IMG/VR virus record: IMGVR_UViG_3300042554_001855
Span: 1 to 64,000 of that record
DNA: 64,000 bases
From: an uncultured virus (IMG/VR IMGVR_UViG_3300042554_001855)
Lineage: Duplodnaviria > Heunggongvirae > Uroviricota > Caudoviricetes
Direction: 5' to 3' (one strand)
The notes beneath the pieces were generated by a model. The model saw nothing but the letters and a program-made list of their open reading frames with translations. It searched no databases and was not told the origin of the DNA. Made by a program: the position numbers and the translations under genes. Positions 39,026-46,255 of this stretch are shown piece by piece. Position 1 is the stretch's first letter. Each line of letters begins with the position of its first letter.

Positions 39026-39347
39026 TGAATTGTTTGAGGGATTCAATGGTCTTATTCATACTACTGAACAGTACTTGCATATCAGTCTCTGGTGGAAAAC
39101 CCATCAATGCGACTGATTTGCGTAGGTTCTCTTTCATCTCAACCGCTTGTGGATCATCTGAAAGAGACAGTCTAGTATACATCACTCTCTGCTTTTCTAG
39201 CAAGAGTTCTAACTTTTCAATGTGTTCCAGTTTGGTCTCACGGGGCATCATACCAAAAGTGAGAATACTTCCGTATATCTCCTCTTGTAACTTATTGATT
39301 TCTTTCAGTTCATCTTGAATAATATCGGAGTCAAAAAAGTTACTCAT
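39015..39347 (-). CDS. DUF1825-like protein
   Basis: FFDSDIIQDEL...KQRVMYTRLSLSDDP; usual position between gp59 and gp32. Confidence 0.75.
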   Translation of the reverse strand: MSNFFDSDIIQDELKEINKLQEEIYGSILTFGMMPRETKLEHIEKLELLLEKQRVMYTRLSLSDDPQAVEMKENLRKSVALMGFPPETDMQVLFSSMNKTIESLKQFIDR

Positions 39348-39399
39348 CTATGATTTCCCTTAAAATCTTCTTGTACTGGAATACGTCAATATTTATGAA
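39340..39399 (-). pseudogene. displaced original 3' end of gp59 (FINIDVFQYKKILREIIDE*)
   Basis: Near copy of the current gp59 C-terminus FLQIDIFNYKKILREIIS; its stop overlaps the DUF1825 start. Confidence 0.8.
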
Positions 39400-39698
39400 T
39401 TATTCTTTAATGCTCTTTTTCTTTCTCTTGCCCGTTCCTTACGGTTTTCCCTATCTTTTTGATTTTCCCAATATCTCTTTTTCTCCCTAGCTCGTCTAGC
39501 TAAAACTTGCTCCTCAGTCAAACCTTTTGCCCATCTCTTCTTTTCATAATCTGGATTTTTATCTCTCCACTTTTTTCTAGATTGTTCTTTTTGAACCTCT
39601 CTAGATGGAAAATTTTCCCAATTTTCGTCCTTTATATCTTCTATAAAATCAGGACCATCAATATTAAGAGCAAGATTAATACTCGATACATTTAACAT
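39393..39698 (-). CDS. basic helical protein carried by the insertion at the gp59 3' end
   Basis: 101 aa, Arg/Lys rich; no recognisable nuclease motif. Confidence 0.7.
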   Translation of the reverse strand: MLNVSSINLALNIDGPDFIEDIKDENWENFPSREVQKEQSRKKWRDKNPDYEKKRWAKGLTEEQVLARRAREKKRYWENQKDRENRKERARERKRALKNNS

Positions 39699-39834
39699 AT
39701 TCTTTTAGTAGGGGTAATATTATTTAGGCGGGACTTACGCAAGTCAAATACCCCTACCCGACTTTGCTGCCCGCACTCTATGAAATTATTTCTCTAAGAA
39801 TTTTTTTATAGTTAAAAATATCTATTTGAAGAAA
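39400..39834 (-). mobile_element. putative homing-type insertion supplying a replacement gp59 C-terminus (boundaries approximate)
   Basis: Duplicated gp59 C-terminus flanks the ORF and a hairpin/late-promoter leader. Confidence 0.6.
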
Positions 39835-40371
39835 TGGTGAATATTTTTTAATTTTAAGAGAAACACACTCCCACACTGGGTCCAAAAGTTTTTCATCAAA
39901 CGTCTTCCCGAACAGGAATATTTTATCATATATGACCAGTGTTTCAAGGCTAATCTTCCCGCTCAGGAATTTTTTTAGAACGGGTGGATGTCCTTTGGAA
40001 CAATTCAACGCATCCTCTAATTTTGTTTCCGAGAACAATTCGTTGCTTTGCTCTTTGAACAAGTAAGTCAAACTCTGCTGTCGTCTCATCCATTCTTGAT
40101 ATGTTCTTTCTCCTTCGTTTATTAAAGAACCAATCCATAAATTACTCGGGTTGTCTGCTTCTACAAAGTTTGATACTAAGAAATCTACGACTTCTTTATC
40201 AGAATATTTGCGACTTGTCTTCTCGAACCAGTATTTGTCCTTGCGTTTGTTGAAGGATGTCATACTGGCACGGGTCTTCGCACCATATTTAAAGAAATCG
40301 TATTTTGGGTTTGTGAAATGATTTTTAAGTGACAAATAATGTTGATAAGTTTCAAAGGGTGTCACGATCAT
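39778..40371 (-). CDS. gp59: helicase loader gp59
   Basis: FETYQHYLSLKNHF...YDFFKY...SFNKRKDKYWFEK. Confidence 0.9.
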   Translation of the reverse strand: MIVTPFETYQHYLSLKNHFTNPKYDFFKYGAKTRASMTSFNKRKDKYWFEKTSRKYSDKEVVDFLVSNFVEADNPSNLWIGSLINEGERTYQEWMRRQQSLTYLFKEQSNELFSETKLEDALNCSKGHPPVLKKFLSGKISLETLVIYDKIFLFGKTFDEKLLDPVWECVSLKIKKYSPFLQIDIFNYKKILREIIS

Positions 40372-40628
40372 AAAGGCAATCTTGCTCTTGATGTTTTCTT
40401 CATAAAGTTAAGACGAGTGGCATCCCACTTGAGTCTTTCTTTTAAAGGTTTTGAAATGAGTTTCGTAACTGATTCTACCTCAAGACTATTGACTTCGCAA
40501 TAGTGACAAATAGCATCAATATAATTCAGATTTTCTTCAGCAACAATTTTCTCAATCTCAAGAGCAAACTTGGAAGGGGTTAAAAATTTACTTTCTATTG
40601 CCTGTTCTAATTCTTTATTTGGTTCCAT
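40368..40628 (-). CDS. gp33: late transcription coactivator gp33
   Basis: KFALEIEKIV...NYIDAI...KLISKPLKERL..DATRLNFM; probable start MEPNKE. Confidence 0.85.
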   Translation of the reverse strand: MEPNKELEQAIESKFLTPSKFALEIEKIVAEENLNYIDAICHYCEVNSLEVESVTKLISKPLKERLKWDATRLNFMKKTSRARLPL

Positions 40629-41295
40629 AGAGTTCCAGTTTATCTCTAACAAACTTTCTAATGTATTCTGTGAGAAGTTTGATGTATTTTGATTTGTCTC
40701 GTTCTTCATAGACGACGCATTCTCCATTTTCACAAGCCATAATGATTACAAGTTTTTTGACTGAAATACCAGTCAGTTCGTAGAGCATACAACCATATGC
40801 CATACACTGAACAAAATAATGTTCAATCCACTCGCGTGGTTTTGGTTTTTTAGAAGTCTTAAAGTCGATTATCGCTAACTCGCCGTCATATTCGGCAATA
40901 CAATCAACTGTCCCAGCAATGCCTAGTTGCTTACTATATAGGGACCCTTCAAGGGCGTAAATATTATTTATACGATTTAAATCAGTTTTTGCAATCTTAA
41001 AAAGAAAATCAGAGATTGGTTGAACTTCTGGTAGTTCTTCATTTTTGAGATGATGTTCCACAAGAAGGTGCATATCAGTTCCACGACTTGTTGCCGCTTT
41101 TGTGACACGCTCTGCTTCTTCTTCACCAACTTTTTTACGCCACTTAATAAAGATTTCTTTATTAAAATGACTGGTCACCGAAGTGATGGAGACCAGTCGT
41201 ACAAGTTCTTCTTCGTCAGGAACTTTATAATAACGAACACCATCTATAGTCTCCCTTTCAAGTTCAGGGAGCGTCACATCAACATGTTTGAACAT
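40615..41295 (-). CDS. PD-(D/E)xK exonuclease
   Basis: SITSV...RGTDMH...AGTVDCIAEYDGELAIIDFKTS...YFVQCMAY. Confidence 0.85.
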   Translation of the reverse strand: MFKHVDVTLPELERETIDGVRYYKVPDEEELVRLVSITSVTSHFNKEIFIKWRKKVGEEEAERVTKAATSRGTDMHLLVEHHLKNEELPEVQPISDFLFKIAKTDLNRINNIYALEGSLYSKQLGIAGTVDCIAEYDGELAIIDFKTSKKPKPREWIEHYFVQCMAYGCMLYELTGISVKKLVIIMACENGECVVYEERDKSKYIKLLTEYIRKFVRDKLELYGTK

Positions 41296-42053
41296 TACAT
41301 ACCTGCTTCCATTTTTGCGATGATGTATTCTTTAACAAGTCCAGAACGAACAATATCTTCTACACCAAATTCAATTATATCAAAAGAAGGCATTTTACGC
41401 AAGATGTTCATAAAATCTACAATACCATTACGTTCATTTGTTTTTTGCAAGTCTGATTGAGTAGCATCACCACAGAAACAAATTTTGGTATTTTCACCCA
41501 CACGAGTAATAATAGAATCGAGTTCGTGGAAGTTTAGATTTTGGAATTCATCAACAATGACGATAGCATTATCAAGAGTTGTTCCACGGAGGAATGAAGT
41601 GCTCCAGAACTTAATAGTTTCTTGTGACTTCAAATTGCCATAGAGCATTTCAAAGTCAGCATCAGAAGGCATCTGGAACATATACTTCACCATATTCTTA
41701 TAAGGAATCTGGTAAATGTCTGCTTTATCTTCATGAGATCCAGGAAGGAATCCAATCTCACGAGTTGCTACAAGAGAACGAACGATATAAACTTTTTCAT
41801 AAGGGGTTCTTTCATCAAGAACATCCATTAAAGCATTATAAAGAGTAATAAAAGTTTTACCAGTTCCAGCACATCCATAAGCAACTAAATGCTTTTCATC
41901 TTGATAGGAATCAAAAAACTTTTTCTGATTATCTGTAATTGGTTCAATATCGACCAAGTAATCAGAACTTAGAGGCTTTCTCCTCTTCATTTGCTTTGCA
42001 GTCAAACCAACACCAATAGGTTGGATGTCATTGCCTCTTTTTCTTCTTGCCAT
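41295..42053 (-). CDS. phoH: PhoH-family ATPase
   Basis: GCAGTGKTF, REIGFLPG, FLRGTT, IVDEFQN, GDATQSDL, DIVRSGLV. Confidence 0.95.
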   Translation of the reverse strand: MARRKRGNDIQPIGVGLTAKQMKRRKPLSSDYLVDIEPITDNQKKFFDSYQDEKHLVAYGCAGTGKTFITLYNALMDVLDERTPYEKVYIVRSLVATREIGFLPGSHEDKADIYQIPYKNMVKYMFQMPSDADFEMLYGNLKSQETIKFWSTSFLRGTTLDNAIVIVDEFQNLNFHELDSIITRVGENTKICFCGDATQSDLQKTNERNGIVDFMNILRKMPSFDIIEFGVEDIVRSGLVKEYIIAKMEAGM

Positions 42054-42301
42054 TAGAGTTTCTTTACAGTAGAACCAGGAGCTTTTGCTGCTTTTGCAAG
42101 CACATCATTCCATCCAGGATTGCGATTGATAAGTTTGTCCCTCCACTCACCAACTTCTCCAGCGCCAGGACAAGTTGATGGGTCAGACCAATCTCTGTCC
42201 CAATCTGGATTATCTTTTTTCCACTGGTCCCAGGCGTGGATACTCATTTCCACTTCTTTCTGTTCGCCAGTGGTTTTGTTAATAACAGGATAAGTCGCCA
42301 T
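42053..42301 (-). CDS. conserved T4-like hypothetical protein (FmdB-like)
   Basis: MATYPVINKTTGE...PGWNDVL..AAKAPGS; usual position upstream of phoH. Confidence 0.7.
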   Translation of the reverse strand: MATYPVINKTTGEQKEVEMSIHAWDQWKKDNPDWDRDWSDPSTCPGAGEVGEWRDKLINRNPGWNDVLAKAAKAPGSTVKKL

Positions 42302-42341
42302 AAAGTTACGAAATCAAGATAATTTATTTAGAATGAAAGTT

Positions 42342-42716
42342 TTACTCTTCTACTGTTTCCACATCAACAACTTCTTGAGATTCCCAAGGTAAAGTATCAT
42401 ACTTTTCGGTTGTTGATGCTGATTTTTGAGCATCAATTATAGAAGATAATCTGAATTGCTTATTCGCAATCTCTTCTTCCCCAATTAAAGTCTCAACCCA
42501 AGAAATAATTTGTTCCTCAGTTAAATCAGAATACTCAGTAAAATCATCTTCAGCAGCTGAAGGCAATTCTAGAGTACCTCTTTCATCAGCAGTAAAAGTA
42601 GTTTCATTCACTTTTTCTGTAGCAGTGTAAATCCATTCTACAGAACTAACTGCACCAGATAATCCTGCAGTATTATAATTCAATGCATGAATTTTCCAAG
42701 AATATTTGACAGACAT
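42342..42716 (-). CDS. hypothetical acidic protein
   Basis: 124 aa; FTEYSDLTEEQIISWV...LPW; late box upstream. Confidence 0.7.
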   Translation of the reverse strand: MSVKYSWKIHALNYNTAGLSGAVSSVEWIYTATEKVNETTFTADERGTLELPSAAEDDFTEYSDLTEEQIISWVETLIGEEEIANKQFRLSSIIDAQKSASTTEKYDTLPWESQEVVDVETVEE

Positions 42717-42738
42717 CTTTGAACATTTAAGAGTAAAA

Positions 42739-43377
42739 TTATTTATTCCACTCTAACGCTTCTGAGACTGATGGAAATTGTTCGGTAAATATTTTCTTAC
42801 ACTCAAGAGCAATATCCATGTGTTCTTTCTGAGTTCCATTTGCAGAACGAAGATTGATATAATGAATCCATGACCTGCATGATCCCGACATATAAATGCG
42901 TGTAGGCGTCGCTAAGGGCAGTACAAACCTTGCACACTCCTTTGCTACTCCATGAGCAAGAAGTTCCTTATAGAGTTGCATAGAGTGTGCAAAATGGTCT
43001 TGAATCTTACTCTGTAGAGTCAGTTTCTCATACTCAGAAATGTCGTCAATAGAGTTCTGACGATTCTTGGTATCTTGACGACGAAGTTCAGGTACAGGAA
43101 TATAATCGCTCAACAAAGAAGAATCTGCATAACGCTGCGAAAATTCTTGATATGTGAAAGAACGGTGCCTCAAAATTTGAGCTGCGATACCACGATTTGT
43201 TTCGATCTCAAGAGTCATAAAAGACTGCTCAAAAACAGACCAATGATTATGCTTAATGCAATAAGCAAGCAACTTGGCATAGTTTTCGTTGTCTTGATTC
43301 GCAGGGTTGCTAACTCTAGCAACATATGCCATTGTTTTTTCTGCATCTGGGGTCACGCTAATGAGTTTTACTGTCAT
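42739..43377 (-). CDS. thyX: FAD-dependent thymidylate synthase
   Basis: HWSVFE, QILRHRSFTYQEFSQRY, KECARFVLP, TQKEH. Confidence 0.97.
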   Translation of the reverse strand: MTVKLISVTPDAEKTMAYVARVSNPANQDNENYAKLLAYCIKHNHWSVFEQSFMTLEIETNRGIAAQILRHRSFTYQEFSQRYADSSLLSDYIPVPELRRQDTKNRQNSIDDISEYEKLTLQSKIQDHFAHSMQLYKELLAHGVAKECARFVLPLATPTRIYMSGSCRSWIHYINLRSANGTQKEHMDIALECKKIFTEQFPSVSEALEWNK

Positions 43378-43541
43378 TTCTTTCCAAATCCTTTTGATGT
43401 TTTTGCTTCGAGTTCTGAAAGTTCTTCTTCCAGAATCCTTAATTGTGATTTCATTTCAATCAATTGCTCAGCAGAATATAAATGCTCTTGTTTAATCAAT
43501 CTACGGAGCAATTTCATCATTTTTCTTGCCCTATTAGTCAT
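43374..43541 (-). CDS. hypothetical protein (55 aa, MTNRARKMMKLLRRLIKQEHLYS...KGFGKK)
   Basis: Hand-translated; stop overlaps the thyX start. Confidence 0.7.
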   Translation of the reverse strand: MTNRARKMMKLLRRLIKQEHLYSAEQLIEMKSQLRILEEELSELEAKTSKGFGKK

Positions 43542-43707
43542 CTAAATCAGAATCCTCAAAAATTTCGTCGTAATCTAACATTGGTCTTTTTCTGACTTCT
43601 GGATTTGTATAAGAATATGCAGATACATCAGAATAAACTTCTGCTTTCAGAGAATCAACCAAGAGTTCTAGATTACGGACAATAAGTTTTAGTTTGTCTT
43701 TATCCAT
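43534..43707 (-). CDS. hypothetical protein (57 aa, MDKDKLKLIVRNLELLVDSLKAEVYSD...)
   Basis: Hand-translated; cyanophage-type motif LKAEVYSD. Confidence 0.75.
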   Translation of the reverse strand: MDKDKLKLIVRNLELLVDSLKAEVYSDVSAYSYTNPEVRKRPMLDYDEIFEDSDLDD

Positions 43708-43738
43708 AAGATACTATTCTCTTTCAATATTTTAACAT

Positions 43739-43766
43739 AAAAAAAGGAGGGAATCAACCCTCCTTT
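43739..43766 (-). terminator. intrinsic terminator of the riboswitch operon
   Basis: AAAGGAGGG-TTGATT-CCCTCCTTTTTTT. Confidence 0.8.
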
Positions 43767-43769
43767 ACT

Positions 43770-43871
43770 TCAAGCAACTTGTGGTTGCTTCGCCATATTC
43801 AGTTGTGCGTTATGAAGGAGTTTTTCCTTTTTTGCTTTGAGTTTGAGATAGCGAACGAAGTAAGTGTTCAT
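43770..43871 (-). CDS. 33 aa basic peptide MNTYFVRYLKLKAKKEKLLHNAQLNMAKQPQVA
   Basis: GGAGG RBS; ATGA coupling to the DUF4278-like gene; stop just before the terminator. Confidence 0.6.
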   Translation of the reverse strand: MNTYFVRYLKLKAKKEKLLHNAQLNMAKQPQVA

Positions 43872-44032
43872 TTTGCACCTCCCTTAGTTTTAGACATAGA
43901 GAGTTTGTTTCCATTTTCATCAACGTAAAACATAGTACCACGATAAATTTCTACGTGGGGTTCAATTTTAAACGTTTGATTTGGACGTTCTGCGGTATCA
44001 TATTCGACACCACGATATACGACTTTAGACAT
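43868..44032 (-). CDS. DUF4278-like small protein (54 aa)
   Basis: MSKVVYRGVEYD...IYRG duplicated YRG motif; AAGGAG RBS; downstream of glutamine riboswitch-like motifs. Confidence 0.8.
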   Translation of the reverse strand: MSKVVYRGVEYDTAERPNQTFKIEPHVEIYRGTMFYVDENGNKLSMSKTKGGAK

Positions 44033-44063
44033 TAGGTTTTCTCCTTAATTTTGAGGCTAAAGA

Positions 44064-44235
44064 GCGTTCCTTCAGTCGGCTTTTGCGTCTATGAATTTAC
44101 AAGTTCTTGGAGATCCTTCTTTAAAGATCTGAATAAGTTCAGATCTTGCAGGCTCATCCATTTTTAGTTTTACATTACTAATAAGTCTTTGAGCCTCAAT
44201 GCAAGTCCAGAGAATTGTTTCCATAGATGAACGAT
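44064..44235 (-). ncRNA. glutamine riboswitch-like aptamer 2 with an ORF-sized P2 loop
   Basis: ATCGTTCATCTATG ... CATAGACGCAAAAGCCGACTGAAGGAACGC; P1 CGTTC/GAACG, P2 TCTATG/CATAGA. Confidence 0.75.
44072..44224 (-). CDS. 50 aa two-Cys protein nested in aptamer 2 (METILWTCIEAQRLISNVKLKMDEPARSELIQIFKEGSPRTCKFIDAKAD)
   Basis: Hand-translated open frame; pattern similar to 44271-44477. Confidence 0.65.
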   Translation of the reverse strand: METILWTCIEAQRLISNVKLKMDEPARSELIQIFKEGSPRTCKFIDAKAD

Positions 44236-44236
44236 C

Positions 44237-44487
44237 CGTTCCGAGTCGGCTTACTTCCGTCCTATTCAGTTTAGCACTTAAGTCTTATAACGTCCTTTCG
44301 GAGTTCTGATAGCAATCGGTCTTCTTTTCTTTGGTCTACTACATCGTCGTTTTTAACGATGTCCATTAGTTCCCACGCTGCGTCGCAACTTATAGTCACT
44401 TGATTAGATTTGGCAAGTTGAGGCGTAGAAATAGAAAGAAGTGGAACCCATGCTAAAAGCAAAAGTGCTTTAGTCATAGGATGAACG
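44237..44487 (-). ncRNA. glutamine riboswitch-like (glnA motif) aptamer 1 with an ORF-sized P2 loop
   Basis: CGTTCATCCTATG ... ATAGGACGGAAGTAAGCCGACTCGGAACG; glnA-type CGGAAGTAAG core; P2 TCCTAT/ATAGGA. Confidence 0.75.
44271..44477 (-). CDS. 68 aa two-Cys protein with signal-peptide-like N-terminus, nested in aptamer 1
   Basis: MTKALLLLAWVPLLSIS...SCDAAWELMDIVK...RLKC. Confidence 0.65.
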   Translation of the reverse strand: MTKALLLLAWVPLLSISTPQLAKSNQVTISCDAAWELMDIVKNDDVVDQRKEDRLLSELRKDVIRLKC

Positions 44488-44497
44488 TTAGGGGATT

Positions 44498-44527
44498 ATT
44501 ATACCCCTATTCACACTATATAGTCAA
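44498..44527 (-). promoter_or_regulatory. sigma70-type promoter of the riboswitch operon
   Basis: TTGACT-N18-TATAAT just upstream of aptamer 1. Confidence 0.7.
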
Positions 44528-44543
44528 GTTTTATTTTGAAATA

Positions 44544-44557
44544 GTAACAATAGATAC
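44544..44557. promoter_or_regulatory. putative NtcA binding site
   Basis: GTA-ACAATAGA-TAC matches GTA-N8-TAC, 16 nt upstream of the -35. Confidence 0.6.
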
Positions 44558-44653
44558 AAAAATGTATCTCTATTATACTAAAAGGCGTGAAGATTTATGA
44601 AAACCTTCGCGCAAGAAAAATTTTGGCGGAAATTTTTTACCCCAAAAAGAAAA

Positions 44654-44956
44654 TCACTTTCGCTTTTTGGTTTTGGGTGCTTGATAACCCCATAACTTTG
44701 GATTGATTCTTCCATACCCAAAGTCAATACTCTTTAGATTTTCACGAAACTTGTCCCAGTACATATCAAACAAACGAATTCGTGATCCTCTAGTTAAATC
44801 AAAACAAATTTCCTCATCAACAATATACTTTACGATGTAAGCATCATTCGGTGCTTCTTTAGTACAGACATCAGCATATGAACCATTTTCAATTAAAATA
44901 TCACAACCATAGCGTGACTTACAGGTTTCTTTTTCTGCTGGTGTCCAATAGTCCAT
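44654..44956 (-). CDS. conserved cyanophage hypothetical protein (start uncertain)
   Basis: FDMYWDKF...FGYGRINPKLWGY. Confidence 0.7.
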   Translation of the reverse strand: MDYWTPAEKETCKSRYGCDILIENGSYADVCTKEAPNDAYIVKYIVDEEICFDLTRGSRIRLFDMYWDKFRENLKSIDFGYGRINPKLWGYQAPKTKKRK

Positions 44957-45003
44957 ATGCTTTTCCGTATTGTGGGTTTCTTCAACTACATCACGAACCT
45001 GAC

Positions 45004-45603
45004 TCACGAACGACCTCCCCACTTAATATCAGGATAAGCTTGTGAAACTACTTCCCTGGTGAGTTTGTATTTGTCTGTCAGTTTTTTATCCTTAGTAAGA
45101 ATAACAATTTCTGCTTCAAGAGGATGAAGACCTTGAAGAATGTTAATAAACATTGTTTCTCTACGAAGAGAACTCAATCCATCGTTACCACCCTTTACAA
45201 AATTATAAAACTTATTATATTCCTTACGAATTGATGAGCGTCCCTGGTCCTGAGAACCTAAAGAACTACTTCCCAACTCACCCATCTTAGAAACAGCATC
45301 TGTAATCTTTCCAGACAGAGTTCCGCTGAATGAAGTTTGTTCATCAGTACCTGCATAAGGTACATCTCCTGGGGGAAGAATAGAAACAACCGTCTCATCA
45401 AAGTTCCAAATAAAAAGAGTCTTCAGAGCAGGATGAGAATACTTTTGAAGTACTTCTACCTTTTTTGCTGTACTTTTTTGCTTACATGCAAGACTTAAAA
45501 TCTCAAAAATAAATGGATTTGAAGGAAGATCGGGAATAGGAGATTCCTTCTTAACCGTAAATTTTGATTCAGTCTTCTTCGTCGCCGTTGTCTTCGTAGT
45601 CAT
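45004..45603 (-). CDS. conserved T4-like hypothetical protein (DUF6433-like)
   Basis: IWNFDETVVSILPPGDVPY...LRRETMFINILQGLHPLEAE. Confidence 0.75.
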   Translation of the reverse strand: MTTKTTATKKTESKFTVKKESPIPDLPSNPFIFEILSLACKQKSTAKKVEVLQKYSHPALKTLFIWNFDETVVSILPPGDVPYAGTDEQTSFSGTLSGKITDAVSKMGELGSSSLGSQDQGRSSIRKEYNKFYNFVKGGNDGLSSLRRETMFINILQGLHPLEAEIVILTKDKKLTDKYKLTREVVSQAYPDIKWGGRS

Positions 45604-45796
45604 GATAGTTCTCAAAGTTAAATGCAATCACCTCATCTGGAATTAGATTTCCTTGTCCATCAAACATTTCGGGGTGAGGTCGTGGAATTTCCCGATAGTT
45701 CATCATATATTCTCTTGCAACCCATCCTCCCATTATTCCAACTATAAAAAATAATACGGTTAAAAAAGAACCGAAAACTAAACTAGTTGCTAACAT
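45569..45796 (-). CDS. small membrane protein
   Basis: TM helix followed by HPEMFDGQGNLIPDE. Confidence 0.7.
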   Translation of the reverse strand: MLATSLVFGSFLTVLFFIVGIMGGWVAREYMMNYREIPRPHPEMFDGQGNLIPDEVIAFNFENYHDYEDNGDEED

Positions 45797-45818
45797 AGTT
45801 TTTCTCCCTCGGGAACTA

Positions 45819-45992
45819 CTACTTTTTCCTTACTTTAATGGAAAACTCAAAGTAGATGGTTACTTCCCGTCTCAGAAAGCAAACCAACTTCTCGAATATA
45901 ATATGAAAATCTTTGGGTTGCTTTCTTTTTCCTCCATTAAGAATAAATTCAACTCCACGATTAATGTGGATGTCTTTATTTATGTCCGCCAT
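45819..45992 (-). CDS. hypothetical protein (57 aa, MADINKDIHINRGVEFILNGG...)
   Basis: Hand-translated; start overlaps the glutaredoxin stop. Confidence 0.6.
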   Translation of the reverse strand: MADINKDIHINRGVEFILNGGKRKQPKDFHIIFEKLVCFLRREVTIYFEFSIKVRKK

Positions 45993-46228
45993 CAAACAAT
46001 TTTTTGCTCTTGTAAAAACTTAACTGTATCAGTACATCCTCCTAATTTTTTATCATCAACAACAATTTGGGGAAATGTACTCCCCTCACCAAACTCGGAG
46101 TAAAATTCCTCTGCGGTAAAGTCCTTGTCAAGAGTATACACCACATGTGTCATCTTTGTCAACTTCATTACGCTTTTAATTTTGTCACAATATGGACAAC
46201 CTGGTTTTGAATAGATTGTAAAGTTCAT
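45992..46228 (-). CDS. nrdC: glutaredoxin
   Basis: CPYC active site, TFPQI, GGCTD. Confidence 0.9.
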   Translation of the reverse strand: MNFTIYSKPGCPYCDKIKSVMKLTKMTHVVYTLDKDFTAEEFYSEFGEGSTFPQIVVDDKKLGGCTDTVKFLQEQKIV

Positions 46229-46255
46229 ATTTCTTTATAATTTTTGTATAAGTAT

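Noticed and set aside
39699..39777. HDV/theta-like ribozyme reading of the pseudoknot
   Set aside because: No P1.1, P4 or typical L3 sequence; kept only as a structured leader
40629..40733. Extended N-terminus of gp33 in the ORF track
   Set aside because: Overlaps the exonuclease; ATG 40628 gives a typical gp33 length
40615..41295. Possible Cas4/CRISPR association of the exonuclease
   Set aside because: Core T4-like exonuclease; no Fe-S Cys pattern, array or cas genes seen
44564..44578. Second NtcA-like site GTA-N9-TAC
   Set aside because: Spacer is 9 nt rather than 8
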